From: a bacterium
GTDB taxonomy: Bacteria; Patescibacteriota; Minisyncoccia; UBA6257; MFKM01
Reading direction: 5' to 3'
NCBI GenBank assembly: GCA_030693325.1
Contig: JAUYAV010000019.1
Span: 1,324-65,323 of the forward strand
Length of the DNA stretch: 64,000 nt
Shown here: positions 9,555-19,309 of the stretch, in pieces
Layout of the letters: each line of letters opens with the position of its first letter
How positions within the stretch are numbered: the stretch's first letter is position 1
Made by a program: the position numbers and the translations under genes
The notes under the pieces: model-generated
The model's database searches: none
What the model saw: the letters and a program-made list of their open reading frames with translations, nothing else
What the model was told of the DNA's origin: nothing

Positions 9555-10952
9555 TTAAACAGATTTATTTATTAATTCTTTTATTAAAATTATCTTTTGG
9601 TTTAAAACCGGATTTTGGTTAATTTCTTTGGAAATTTTTTCGCAGGCGTGAATAACAGTGGTGTGGTCTCTTTTCCCGAGTTTTTCTCCGATAAAAGGAT
9701 AGGAGGCGTTAAGCATTTCCCGAAGCAGGTACATGGCAATCTGGCGCGGTTCAACTACCTCTTTCTTTTTACATTTGGCGATTAAATCGGGTAGTGAGAT
9801 TTCAAAAAATTCAGCTACGGTTTTAACTACGTCATTGGGGTTGATGTTCTTTGTATTAACCCGCACCACTTCATTAATAATTTCTTCCAGTTTCTGGCCG
9901 TCAATTTTCTCTTTCCTGACATCCTCTAAAAAAACAACCTTATTTAAAACTCCTTCTAATTCCCGAATGTTCTTTTTAACCTTACTGGCTATTAATTCCA
10001 GGGTTTTGTCGTCTATTTGCCATCCATTTTCCTGGGATTTTGCCCTTAAAATGGCTAATCTGGTCTCATAATCGGGATAGCTGATATCAGCTATCATTCC
10101 GCCCTCAAAACGCGAGCGCAATCGTTCTTCAATAGTGGGGATGGCGGCCGGCGGGCGGTCTGAGGACATTATTATCTGTTTGTTGTTCTCATATAAAGCA
10201 TTAAACGTATGGAAAAATTCTTCTTCGGTTCTTTCTTTGCCGCCGATAAATTGAATATCGTCAATTATTAAAACATCAACATCCCGATATTTTCTTTTAA
10301 TATCGTCCATTTTTTTATTGCGAATCGCCCAAATAACATCATTGACGAATTTTTCCGAAGTGACATAAAAAACTTTTACTTTATTTTTATAAATACTTTT
10401 AATTTCATTGCCGACTGCCTGGAGAAGGTGGGTTTTGCCCAAGCCAACGCCGCCGTAAATAAAAAGAGGATTGTATTTTTTGCCAACATCTTTCATCACC
10501 GCCATCATCGCGGCATAAGCCAATTCATTGGAAGAGCCGACAATAAAAGATTTCAAGGTATAGCGGGGGTTGAGATTTGATTCCGGGTCAATTTTTAATT
10601 CAATCAGTGGTCTTTGATTGTCGGTTTCAATAATAGCTTCCGAATCAATCCCCTTCTTGATTTTTATCAAATTTTTTTGAGGCTGGCTTTCAACAGTGTA
10701 TTCAACAACCCTGATAGAACTGTCTAAATTTCTTAATGACCCTAAAATTAATTTATGATAACGGTTTTTTACCCACTCTTTCGCAAAATTATTCGGCAGT
10801 CCGACTAATACCGTGCCGTCGCCTTCTTTTTTATCAATAAGACGACTGTTCTTTAGCCAAGTGAGAAAATCCGGCCGCGAAAGTTGGATTTCGATTTCTC
10901 CTAAAACGCCTTGCCAGAGATCGTTAAGGTTTATGTCAGTCATTGTTTTCAT
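9555..10952 (-). CDS. dnaA: Chromosomal replication initiator DnaA
   Basis: NPRYTL, YNPLFIYGGVGLGKTHL, DDIQF, FFHTFN, RLRSRF, RELEG, RQIAMYL, RDHTTV. Confidence 0.97.
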   Translation of the reverse strand: MKTMTDINLNDLWQGVLGEIEIQLSRPDFLTWLKNSRLIDKKEGDGTVLVGLPNNFAKEWVKNRYHKLILGSLRNLDSSIRVVEYTVESQPQKNLIKIKKGIDSEAIIETDNQRPLIELKIDPESNLNPRYTLKSFIVGSSNELAYAAMMAVMKDVGKKYNPLFIYGGVGLGKTHLLQAVGNEIKSIYKNKVKVFYVTSEKFVNDVIWAIRNKKMDDIKRKYRDVDVLIIDDIQFIGGKERTEEEFFHTFNALYENNKQIIMSSDRPPAAIPTIEERLRSRFEGGMIADISYPDYETRLAILRAKSQENGWQIDDKTLELIASKVKKNIRELEGVLNKVVFLEDVRKEKIDGQKLEEIINEVVRVNTKNINPNDVVKTVAEFFEISLPDLIAKCKKKEVVEPRQIAMYLLREMLNASYPFIGEKLGKRDHTTVIHACEKISKEINQNPVLNQKIILIKELINKSV

Positions 10953-11047
10953 TTTAAACTATAAAATCCACAAAGCAAGATTGCAAAAAAATACCTTTTG
11001 TGATTTACTTGTTGATAAGTTGGGGATAAGTGTTAAAATTAAACAAA

Positions 11048-11182
11048 ATGTCAGTTACCTATCAGCCAAAAAAGAAAAAAAGAAGCAGATCTCACGGGTT
11101 TCTGAAAAGAAAGCGAACTGTTGGAGGCCGACGAACGATAACCAGGCGCCGACAAAAAAATCGGAAAAAATTAACGGTTTAA
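11048..11182 (+). CDS. rpmH: 50S ribosomal protein L34 (absent from ORF track)
   Basis: Manual translation [44 protein letters not shown]; divergent from dnaA. Confidence 0.95.
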   Translation: MSVTYQPKKKKRSRSHGFLKRKRTVGGRRTITRRRQKNRKKLTV

Positions 11183-11188
11183 TTCATT

Positions 11189-11875
11189 ATGTTTAATAAG
11201 CTGCTCTACCAGCCGATTCTTGAGTTTTTGATATTTATTTATAAATTTATCGCTTTTCATGATTTGGGCTTGGCTATTATTTTATTGACAATCTTCATAA
11301 GATTGTTGCTTTTGCCGTTTTTTTATCACGGGGCGAAGGAACAGACAAAAATTCAAAGATTGCAGCCCTTGGTTAAGAAAATCCAGGAAGACCACAAACA
11401 CGACAAAGAAAAACAAACTCAGGCCTTAATGGCGCTTTATAAAGAACACAGTATCAATCCCTTCTCCAGTATTTTGCTTTTGATTATTCAATTGCCGATT
11501 TTAATCGCTCTTTATCGGGTTTTTCTAACCGGACTTTCCAATACCATTTTTGATAGTCATAATTTTTTGGGGTTAATTAATTTAAACCAAAAAAGTTTAT
11601 TGATAACGGTTTTGGCGGTTTTGGCGCAATATCTGCAGGGACGAATGATGTTGCCGAAAAATACCGGTCAGGCCACAGGTGCTGACAAAACCAGCCAGGC
11701 AATGCTATTATATATCGGACCGGCGCTGACTCTTATTATCTTGACCAATCTTCCGTCTGCTCTCGGTCTTTATTGGTTGGTTTCTTCTGTTTTTTCTTTG
11801 GGTCAGCAAATTTTTATTAATAAAAATTTAGAAAAACATGGAACAATTATCGGAGAAAATAAAAAAACTGCTTGA
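11189..11875 (+). CDS. yidC: Membrane protein insertase YidC/Oxa1 family (short form)
   Basis: GLAIILLTIFIRLLLLP, LQP, LYKEHSINP, QLPILIALY, LPSALGLYW. Confidence 0.93.
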   Translation: MFNKLLYQPILEFLIFIYKFIAFHDLGLAIILLTIFIRLLLLPFFYHGAKEQTKIQRLQPLVKKIQEDHKHDKEKQTQALMALYKEHSINPFSSILLLIIQLPILIALYRVFLTGLSNTIFDSHNFLGLINLNQKSLLITVLAVLAQYLQGRMMLPKNTGQATGADKTSQAMLLYIGPALTLIILTNLPSALGLYWLVSSVFSLGQQIFINKNLEKHGTIIGENKKTA

Positions 11876-12290
11876 GTTGATGGGAGCGGAGGATTTTGAA
11901 ATCAATTTTAATGAACCGTCTAAAAGATTTTCAATCACCACCAATGACCAGTTAATCGCTGAGAATTTGCAGGGTTTTCTGGAGGATTTTGAATATATGA
12001 TTAATCTGATCTCCCAGAAAGAAAACCAGCAAAAAGTGTGGCTGGATGTGAATAATTACCGCCGGGAGCGTGAACGATTAATCGCTGAATTAGCCAAAGC
12101 CGCCGCCCACAAAGCGATTATTAATAAGGAAGAAATTCAATTGCCGCCGATGAACGCTTATGAGCGCCGGCTGGTCCATTTAGAGATTGTCAATCATCCC
12201 GATTTAAAAACCGAGAGTGTCGGTGAGGGAAAAGAGAGGCACGTAATAATTAAACCGATAGAATTACAGCAATTACAGCAATTACAGTAA
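11838..12290 (+). CDS. jag: Jag/EloR-like R3H RNA-binding protein
   Basis: DVNNYR, LPPMNAYERRLVH, TESVGEGKERHV; follows yidC. Confidence 0.88.
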   Translation: MEQLSEKIKKLLELMGAEDFEINFNEPSKRFSITTNDQLIAENLQGFLEDFEYMINLISQKENQQKVWLDVNNYRRERERLIAELAKAAAHKAIINKEEIQLPPMNAYERRLVHLEIVNHPDLKTESVGEGKERHVIIKPIELQQLQQLQ

Positions 12291-12308
12291 TTACGGTAAT
12301 TGCTGTAA

Positions 12309-13421
12309 TTACTCAACTTCCAAAGAATATAATTGATTATCGTAGCGATTGATGAAAAGAATTTGATCGCCGAGAATTTTTAAATCAGAGGCATCGATTA
12401 TTTTCCCTTCGGTAGGGGCGAAAATCAGTTCCGGGGCGACTAAGTTATTTAAGTTAAATTTATAAAGCGCGTCTATAGTGTAAATTGATTTTTGAAGATA
12501 ATCATCCGGCCAGTTTATTTTGGGATTAGCTGAGGTGAAAAGAAAGCAATAAAGAGAATCTGATTTTAAAACGCATTTATCCGGCAGAACCATTATTGAA
12601 AAATTATTTATTGTTTGCCCGGTCCAATTTATTAAACTGCTTTTTTGGTTTTGGAATTTCAGGCCCGAATCTTCTTTCAGCCATTTAATCATCAAACCGG
12701 TTCCCGGCGGGACAATTTCGGTAAAAGTTGTCTTAGTCGGCTTGGCAAAATTAAGACGCCAAGCCGAACCCATTACTGAATTAGACGGTTTGCCGGTAAA
12801 AATTATCTCATCCGGTATCAGCCAATTCATTTTTAAATCTTGAAGAGAAAAGTTTTTGACAATTGTTGTTGAGGACTTCGCTTTTTGCTTGGGATCGCTT
12901 GATAAATACTTGGCCAAATCAAGAATAATTAAATCGGTCTGGTTATTTTGGTTTATGATAGCGGCTAATCTTTTTCCTTCAGGCGACCAGGCCACAGATT
13001 TAATCTCCAAAGGCAGAGGCGACCAGGTACTGCTCGCTAAATCAAAAATACTGAATTGCGGTTGGCGAGAATCGCCGAAAGCGGCAATGACTTTTTGGCT
13101 GTCAGGCGACGGCAAGGCGAAATTGAGATTAGTAATTGTTTGTTCCGAGAGATAAGTATTTTGAGGAGCGCCGATTTTGGCGATTTTCCCTTCAGGAGTA
13201 ATATAAAAAATTTCTTGGCTCGTGGAGGCCGTCCAATAGTCAAAAACCGGTTCCTGGGAAACAATTTTTAGTTGGCTTGCCGCTTGTTGCGCGCTTGTTG
13301 ATTCTGTTTCCGGTTTAGCGGTGATAATCGGTGAAGCTGCTCGGCTTATAAAATAGTAAATAACCCAGCCAAGCGCTAGAACTCCGACTACCCCTATGAT
13401 GATTGCTAAAATTTTGCGCAT
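12309..13421 (-). CDS. Membrane-anchored hypothetical protein, possible beta-propeller
   Basis: N-terminal TM helix; SPDSQK, WSPEGK repeats. Confidence 0.6.
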   Translation of the reverse strand: MRKILAIIIGVVGVLALGWVIYYFISRAASPIITAKPETESTSAQQAASQLKIVSQEPVFDYWTASTSQEIFYITPEGKIAKIGAPQNTYLSEQTITNLNFALPSPDSQKVIAAFGDSRQPQFSIFDLASSTWSPLPLEIKSVAWSPEGKRLAAIINQNNQTDLIILDLAKYLSSDPKQKAKSSTTIVKNFSLQDLKMNWLIPDEIIFTGKPSNSVMGSAWRLNFAKPTKTTFTEIVPPGTGLMIKWLKEDSGLKFQNQKSSLINWTGQTINNFSIMVLPDKCVLKSDSLYCFLFTSANPKINWPDDYLQKSIYTIDALYKFNLNNLVAPELIFAPTEGKIIDASDLKILGDQILFINRYDNQLYSLEVE

Positions 13422-13464
13422 ATTATCTTAAAGATTAAGAATTAAAAGCTCAGATAATAATTAT

Positions 13465-14178
13465 TTATTTAGGTGTTTTAGAAATACAAATTTTTCCTGA
13501 TCCTTTTGCAGAATTTCCTTGGCAAGCATCCGTCTCGATACTAGGACCATACATAAGTTCCCATCCCTCTTTTTTCAATTCGTTAAATTCTTTTTCAGTA
13601 ACCCAAGTATATTGAATTTCGCCTACTCTTGTTACTTCTGTTTCGCCTATTTTGTTTCCCAAAGAATCTCTAAGGGGTATCTTTTCGGTTCCTCCCACTG
13701 TTTCAAGAACCCCTGGTTTGACCTCTTTTAAATATTCCGGTAATTTATATTCCGGCAGTTTTATAATTTCAATATTAGGGTCGGTTAAACTGACTAATTT
13801 GGGGTCAATGGTGTAAAGAATCAGATAAGCGCCAAAAAGCAGGGCAATGCCCCAAAGCGCTTGGAAAATGCGGTCAGCGGCATCTTTCTGGGTAGTAGCG
13901 TTGCCGGCTGAAACAATGTATTGAATAGCGCCGAAAATTATCATTCCAAAGGCCAGCGCCCCGGAGATCATCAAAGCGAATTGGTAAAAACGGGCGATGT
14001 AGGCCGCCGGACTTTGGGCTGTCTGCTCGGCGGTCGGGCAGGTTCCGCCGGCTATCGGCGAACAAGGAAATTGATATTTTAATTCAGCCGCAAAAACAGG
14101 CGTAGAAAGTAGAAAATAGAAAGTAGAAAATAGAAAAATAGAAGCGAAAATTATAGATTTGTATTTATTGCTGGACAT
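13465..14178 (-). CDS. VirB2/TrbC-like pilin-domain protein
   Basis: Signal peptide, then ALMISGALAFGMIIFGAIQYIVSAGN...AADRIFQALWGIALLFGAYLILYTIDP. Confidence 0.7.
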   Translation of the reverse strand: MSSNKYKSIIFASIFLFSTFYFLLSTPVFAAELKYQFPCSPIAGGTCPTAEQTAQSPAAYIARFYQFALMISGALAFGMIIFGAIQYIVSAGNATTQKDAADRIFQALWGIALLFGAYLILYTIDPKLVSLTDPNIEIIKLPEYKLPEYLKEVKPGVLETVGGTEKIPLRDSLGNKIGETEVTRVGEIQYTWVTEKEFNELKKEGWELMYGPSIETDACQGNSAKGSGKICISKTPK

Positions 14179-14854
14179 TTAAATTAATTTCTTTAGACCC
14201 TAATTCCAAATCATTTTTCAAATTTTGAGCGGTAATCTTGATATTGATGTTTTGGTTTGAAGGAATAGGCGGAGTTAGCGTCAGTCCTAAGAGATTATCT
14301 CCTTTGTTTGCGAATGTCTGGCCGTTTACCAGCCAAGTAAATAGTAGTTCTCCTAAATTATTTATATTAAAGAAATAAGGAATGGCTTGGAAATCATTTT
14401 TTTTACCCAAGGGAATGGAATTATTTGCCGGAGAAGGGGTTTGAATAACGATTTTGGGATTGGCGATCGGAATATCAGCCGTGCCGTCATATTCTTGCTG
14501 ATTATAATTGACCGCGGCCCGGACAAAATGAGAATTAGTCGCGCCTTTAGTCGCGGTAAAATTTATTTGTTTTAAACCCTGACCTCGCCCCAATAATTTT
14601 CCGTCAAGATACCAGAAAATGTCGGCTTTTGATAAATCTTGGATTTTATTTGTTATTACCAATTCCAAACCGAGTTTAATATTGGTGCCGGACGCGGGCA
14701 AAATTTTTCCTTGATATTCCGCCGGAACAAAACTTTGAGCCTGCCAGGTGATTAAAACTTGGGAAGCGGTTTGAGCGGTTGCGGACAAGACAGAAAGTAA
14801 AAAGCAAAAACTTGAAAGTATAAAAAGAAATAAAATTTTATTTTTTAAATTCAT
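14165..14854 (-). CDS. Secreted hypothetical protein, Ig-like beta-rich
   Basis: Signal peptide; WYLDG / WLVNG motifs. Confidence 0.6.
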   Translation of the reverse strand: MNLKNKILFLFILSSFCFLLSVLSATAQTASQVLITWQAQSFVPAEYQGKILPASGTNIKLGLELVITNKIQDLSKADIFWYLDGKLLGRGQGLKQINFTATKGATNSHFVRAAVNYNQQEYDGTADIPIANPKIVIQTPSPANNSIPLGKKNDFQAIPYFFNINNLGELLFTWLVNGQTFANKGDNLLGLTLTPPIPSNQNINIKITAQNLKNDLELGSKEINLNVQQ

Positions 14855-14892
14855 AATTTGAGTTTCAATTACTTAATTACCCAATTACTTAA

Positions 14893-15282
14893 TTACTGTT
14901 TAGTAATTTTTTCGGTAGCGGCCCCTATTTTACCACTAGCAACTGCCGCTACTTGTGTTATTTTGGGGTGGTTAGCTAAATAAATTGTCACATTCAAACT
15001 GACGGTTTTCCCGAAAGGAAGGTCAAGCCCTAAGAAATTAGCCGCCCCATCCAACAAACTGCCGCTTAAATACCACAACCCCTTTATTCCTTTCATTATA
15101 AGCCAAAACTGAATAATTAGCCAAGTGAACCCGGCCACAATCCATTTTACTACTAAAAGAATTTGTCCGAGCACCGGTATGGCTACCAAAAGAGTTGCCG
15201 CTAATTCAAACAAATCCGCCGGGATCACAATCATATTCATCAGAATTATTTCCACTAAACCAATTTTTGGGCTTTCCTCCAT
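14893..15282 (-). CDS. Small membrane protein
   Basis: Multiple hydrophobic segments, co-oriented in cluster. Confidence 0.6.
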   Translation of the reverse strand: MEESPKIGLVEIILMNMIVIPADLFELAATLLVAIPVLGQILLVVKWIVAGFTWLIIQFWLIMKGIKGLWYLSGSLLDGAANFLGLDLPFGKTVSLNVTIYLANHPKITQVAAVASGKIGAATEKITKQ

Positions 15283-15304
15283 TTTTCTTAATTACTAATT
15301 ACTT

Positions 15305-17056
15305 TTATCCCTCAGCTTCTTTCTTTTCTAAAATTTGCTCCGGGTTGGTGGTAATCATTTGGTCTTCGGTGTAAGAAGCGACCACTTTTAAGGCGGCGTG
15401 TTTTTGGCCGGCGAAAAACAAACCTTCGCCTACCGCCGCTTCCAGAAGAAAAGTTTTTTCCACGTCTGTCAGACCGAAAGTTTTAGCGACCAAATCAATA
15501 GTGGCTGGCGCTTGTTTCATCAAAAATTGAAGCGAAGAGTTGTTGATAATCGGCCGGCCGTAAGGAGAGCCCAGAAAATCTTCCACATCTTGGGTGATAG
15601 TCGTCACGCCCAAATAATATTTTCTCGCTCTTTTGGCTAAGCCGAAAAGGAAAGAAGCGCTGTCGGCGTATTTCATCATCCACCAGGCCTCGTCAATGAC
15701 CACGATTCTCTTTTTAAGTTCGGTTCGGATGAGATTCCAGAGAAAATTAAGAATGATGTACATTGCAATCGGCCGCAGTTCGTCTTCCAGATCGCGGATG
15801 GAAAAAACTACCAGGCGGTTTTTGATATTGACGTTGGTCGGCTGATTGGTGAAGCCGGCGTAAGAACCGCGGGTGAATTTTTCCAGACGTTTTGCCAAGC
15901 CGGACCCGCCCTCGGTATTTTCCAGAATCGTCTGGAGATCTTCCATTAAAGGCGGCTGGGCTTGGGAAAAATCTTTTTCCGGAGTGATGTCGCGGGAAGC
16001 GTAGGTTTCCAAAATCGTCCGGTCCAATATCGCGTCTTCTTCCGGGCTGACTTCGCCAAGCATTAATTTAACCAAACCAACGAGATTAAGAACGTGCGAC
16101 TTGAATACTTCCGCCGGTTCTTCGTCCTGAGGAATAACAGGGATATCAAAAGGGTTGATATGACTGGCTGAGGTTAGGGAAATTTTGAAATAACTGCCGC
16201 CGATGGTATCCGCCAGGTTTTGGTATTCGTTTTCCGGGTCAATAATAATAACGTCCGTTCCCATCATCATTGAACGCAGGACTTCCAGTTTGGCAAAATA
16301 ACTTTTTCCGGCGCCGGCTTTGGCAAAAACGGTGAAATTCGCGTTTTCCAAAGAAAACCGGTCAAAAATCACCAGACTGTTATTACTTAGATTGACGCCG
16401 TAAAGAATACCTTCATCTGAAGTCAGATCCGCCGAAATAAACGGAAAAATAGAAGAAGCGGGTCCGGAATTAAGCGGCGTGCGAATCGCTATTTTGTCCG
16501 CGCCTAAAGGCAAAACCGAAGAGAAGGCCTCCGGCTGCTGGAAAAGCGCGGGCTTGATATAAACCAGTTTGCTTTCCAAAAGTGAGACAATGAGATTTTC
16601 CAAACGCGCCAATTCTTTGGGGTCGCTTCCGTAGATAGTAATATAAATTCCAACTTCAAAAAGTTTTTCCTGGGCTTGCTGGAGCGCGTCCCGAAGATTT
16701 TCCACGTCTTGGTAAGCGGTTTCAAGCATCGGGTCGCGGACCAGTCCTTTTTCTTCCCGTACCATTATTTGAGCTTGAATTTGAGCGGTTTTTTTTCGGA
16801 GATTTCGCAAGGCCAAAGCCGTATCAATGGGATGGATATGAACGGCGATATCAAGAACTTCCGCTAAATTAATTATCGGCGAGAACCAGCCGCTGGTTAA
16901 ATAGCGGGGGTAAGTGAAAAGGAAAAAAGTTTTGACATATTTTTCTCCGAGCTTAAGATAGCCGGCGTTAACTTCCAAACCCGCCGGGGCGATGATGTCT
17001 TTGATGTCTTTCCCTGAAGCCGTATAACCTTTTGGAATTTCTATTTTTTTAGGCAT
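15305..17056 (-). CDS. VirB4/TraC-like T4SS ATPase
   Basis: GILYG, FDRFSLENAN, AKAGAGKS (Walker A), IIDPENEY, INPFD, IDEAW (Walker B), RARKY, TQD. Confidence 0.88.
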   Translation of the reverse strand: MPKKIEIPKGYTASGKDIKDIIAPAGLEVNAGYLKLGEKYVKTFFLFTYPRYLTSGWFSPIINLAEVLDIAVHIHPIDTALALRNLRKKTAQIQAQIMVREEKGLVRDPMLETAYQDVENLRDALQQAQEKLFEVGIYITIYGSDPKELARLENLIVSLLESKLVYIKPALFQQPEAFSSVLPLGADKIAIRTPLNSGPASSIFPFISADLTSDEGILYGVNLSNNSLVIFDRFSLENANFTVFAKAGAGKSYFAKLEVLRSMMMGTDVIIIDPENEYQNLADTIGGSYFKISLTSASHINPFDIPVIPQDEEPAEVFKSHVLNLVGLVKLMLGEVSPEEDAILDRTILETYASRDITPEKDFSQAQPPLMEDLQTILENTEGGSGLAKRLEKFTRGSYAGFTNQPTNVNIKNRLVVFSIRDLEDELRPIAMYIILNFLWNLIRTELKKRIVVIDEAWWMMKYADSASFLFGLAKRARKYYLGVTTITQDVEDFLGSPYGRPIINNSSLQFLMKQAPATIDLVAKTFGLTDVEKTFLLEAAVGEGLFFAGQKHAALKVVASYTEDQMITTNPEQILEKKEAEG

Positions 17057-17726
17057 TTTCTTTGGTTATTTTCAATTCTCCCCTTTCAACTAATTGGGGG
17101 TTATAAAGATTGTAAACAAGCTCAATGGATTCTTCGGTGCCGAGCGGAATCGCCCGCAAACCGATTTGCTGAAGGCCGGCAACCACTTGGTCAGTTCTCT
17201 GGCTAAGTTGCTGGAGATTTTGCTGGAGATTTTCGGTTTGAGCGGCCTGGTTTTGGGAAGCCGAAGTTTTTTCCTGCCTGTCGGCAGGCAGGGCTTTTTT
17301 AATAAAACTAATTACGCCTTTGGCGGCTTTCGGCAAATAAACCGGGTCATAAGGGACTACCACAAAAAAAGTTTTATCCATAATGGCGTTATTCGCCACA
17401 AATGATTTTATAAATTCCAGGTATTCGGCAATCTGGGTTTTCAATAATTCATTGGATTCCTGCGAATGGCGTTCCTGGAGTTTTGAAAGATAGGATTCAA
17501 TATTCAGGCGGCGGGAATGAATGAAAATCTGGATTGAAAAGTCCAGGGCATTCAAGAGATTTTGATAACCGTAAGTCATCAAGTCCTGTTCTTGTTCTGA
17601 TTTTAAATCAAAATTCACTCCGCTTACCATTAACAACTGGCGCAAAGCGCCGTTTTTAAGAAAAATTACGCCGTCGCGGATTTCCTGAAGTTCCACGAAT
17701 TCCTGGGTTGATAATGTTTTGGGCAT
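17049..17726 (-). CDS. VirB4 N-terminal-like (TraC-type) partner protein
   Basis: STQEF, NFDLKSEQEQ, FFVVVPY; directly upstream of VirB4-like gene. Confidence 0.7.
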   Translation of the reverse strand: MPKTLSTQEFVELQEIRDGVIFLKNGALRQLLMVSGVNFDLKSEQEQDLMTYGYQNLLNALDFSIQIFIHSRRLNIESYLSKLQERHSQESNELLKTQIAEYLEFIKSFVANNAIMDKTFFVVVPYDPVYLPKAAKGVISFIKKALPADRQEKTSASQNQAAQTENLQQNLQQLSQRTDQVVAGLQQIGLRAIPLGTEESIELVYNLYNPQLVERGELKITKENA

Positions 17727-17748
17727 TTATTTAATTATAAATTTTTAA

Positions 17749-18252
17749 TTATCTATAGTCCACTCTTTTCGCCGCTTGTTTTTCACCGGTGGATTTTCGG
17801 AAAATTTGATAGCGTTCTTGAACGTTTCGCATGGCGGATTTTTCTCCGGGCAGAGGCAAACGGCTGGTTAAAATTTTTTGGCCGAGGGATTTGATTTTTT
17901 GCTGGAAGCTCAGTTCTTTTTTAATTTCTTCAATTTGCTTCGCTTCTTCTGGCAAAATTATTTCTTCTTTTTCAATTTCTCTTTTCCAAAAATAAACTCG
18001 CGGCCGCCAGTAATAAAATAGAGCGGAAAAAAGGATTTTGGTCAGTGATTGGCCGTTGATTTCTATCAAAGCCAGCGCGCTGGCCGCTCCGAGTAAAATA
18101 ATACTGGCCATAAACCAAAGCCAAAATTGAAAAATAAAAAACATAAGAAAACTCAACCCGCATGCTGCGGCGATATAAAAAAATTGCTGGAGGGTTAAAG
18201 GTCCGACAATTCTTTCTTTAACTTCGTAATATTGAGGAACTTGAAACTGCAT
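17749..18252 (-). CDS. PrgI family (VirB3-like) membrane protein
   Basis: MQFQVPQ...RIVGPLTLQQF, two TM helices, RPRVYFW. Confidence 0.82.
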   Translation of the reverse strand: MQFQVPQYYEVKERIVGPLTLQQFFYIAAACGLSFLMFFIFQFWLWFMASIILLGAASALALIEINGQSLTKILFSALFYYWRPRVYFWKREIEKEEIILPEEAKQIEEIKKELSFQQKIKSLGQKILTSRLPLPGEKSAMRNVQERYQIFRKSTGEKQAAKRVDYR

Positions 18253-18273
18253 AAATTACAGTAATTACAGTAA

Positions 18274-19290
18274 TTACTGTAATTGTTTATTATTCTTTAG
18301 ATTAATAGTGTTTCCTTCCAGTTTCACTTCGTTTGGATTTTTGTTTTCTCTTGCCACGCTAAAAGAATCAAGATTAATGACCGGCGGCGCCGATGGCGTT
18401 ATTGGTTTTGGCAGTTCCGGTTTTATAATAGGCGTCTCAATTTTCTGAGGCGCGATTTCTTTTTGGGGTTGTTCTCTTTGTTTTCCAAAAGGATCGCCTT
18501 GAGTTTTACCGAAGGGAGTGGGGATATCCACTTCTCGGTAATGAATTATTCTCTGTTTCGGGGCTTCGGTTTTGGCAACGACTGGTTCTTTTTTCTCTTC
18601 GATTTTTTGGCCGAAAGTTTCCAATTCCACTTTAATCGGCGATTCCGGCGTTTTAGAGCTTTCTTTTTTAAACCAACCCATAGTCGGCATCGTTGTTTTC
18701 TTTTTTTCGGTAAACGCTTTGGTTTCGGTTTCCTGATGGATGATAAACGGCTGTTCGGCGGAAATTGGCTTCGGAGAAATAACCGGTTCAATTTTCGGCG
18801 GCTGGATTTCGGTTTTGGGCAATTGCGCGGCTTTCGGCAGGTCGGTTATCTCAATGGGTTTGGTTGTAGCTTCTGGTCTGAGGCCTGACGGTTTAAACTC
18901 AATTTCTTTTTCAACTTTCGTTTCCGGTTCGGATTTGATTGTTGGTTTTATTTCCGTCATCGCGCTAGCCGGGCTATAAACTTTTTCTAAATCTGTTCTA
19001 AGCGGGGCAAAAATTTTTCTATTAATTTCATGGCTGATAGGATTAACAATTTGAGGATTCAAATTGAGGGCTTCCTGGATTTCCCGAGCCAGGTCATCGG
19101 GATGAAGAAACCCGAAAATTACATCGCCGACTATCATCGCCATAGTAGAAATTTTTTCCTCAGACAGATGATTAAGGGTGCCGATTTGCCAAACAATATT
19201 GGCATTAATTTCAGAGAACAAAGCCTCTCTCAGGTTATCCGGTAAAGTATCCCATCTTTCTAAAACTTGTTGTCGTGAGATTTGAAGCAT
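18274..19290 (-). CDS. Hypothetical protein, helical N-domain plus Pro/Lys/Glu-rich tail
   Basis: LP..LREAL N-terminal domain; low-complexity C-terminus. Confidence 0.65.
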   Translation of the reverse strand: MLQISRQQVLERWDTLPDNLREALFSEINANIVWQIGTLNHLSEEKISTMAMIVGDVIFGFLHPDDLAREIQEALNLNPQIVNPISHEINRKIFAPLRTDLEKVYSPASAMTEIKPTIKSEPETKVEKEIEFKPSGLRPEATTKPIEITDLPKAAQLPKTEIQPPKIEPVISPKPISAEQPFIIHQETETKAFTEKKKTTMPTMGWFKKESSKTPESPIKVELETFGQKIEEKKEPVVAKTEAPKQRIIHYREVDIPTPFGKTQGDPFGKQREQPQKEIAPQKIETPIIKPELPKPITPSAPPVINLDSFSVARENKNPNEVKLEGNTINLKNNKQLQ

Positions 19291-19309
19291 AAATACAAAT
19301 TATTAGTTA

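Noticed and set aside
10813-11196. 127-aa ORF from the track
   Set aside because: Overlaps dnaA antisense and rpmH in another frame; rpmH (11048-11182) is the real gene
18870-18891. Possible palindromic insert encoding PSGLRPE
   Set aside because: Too degenerate and single-copy in this window
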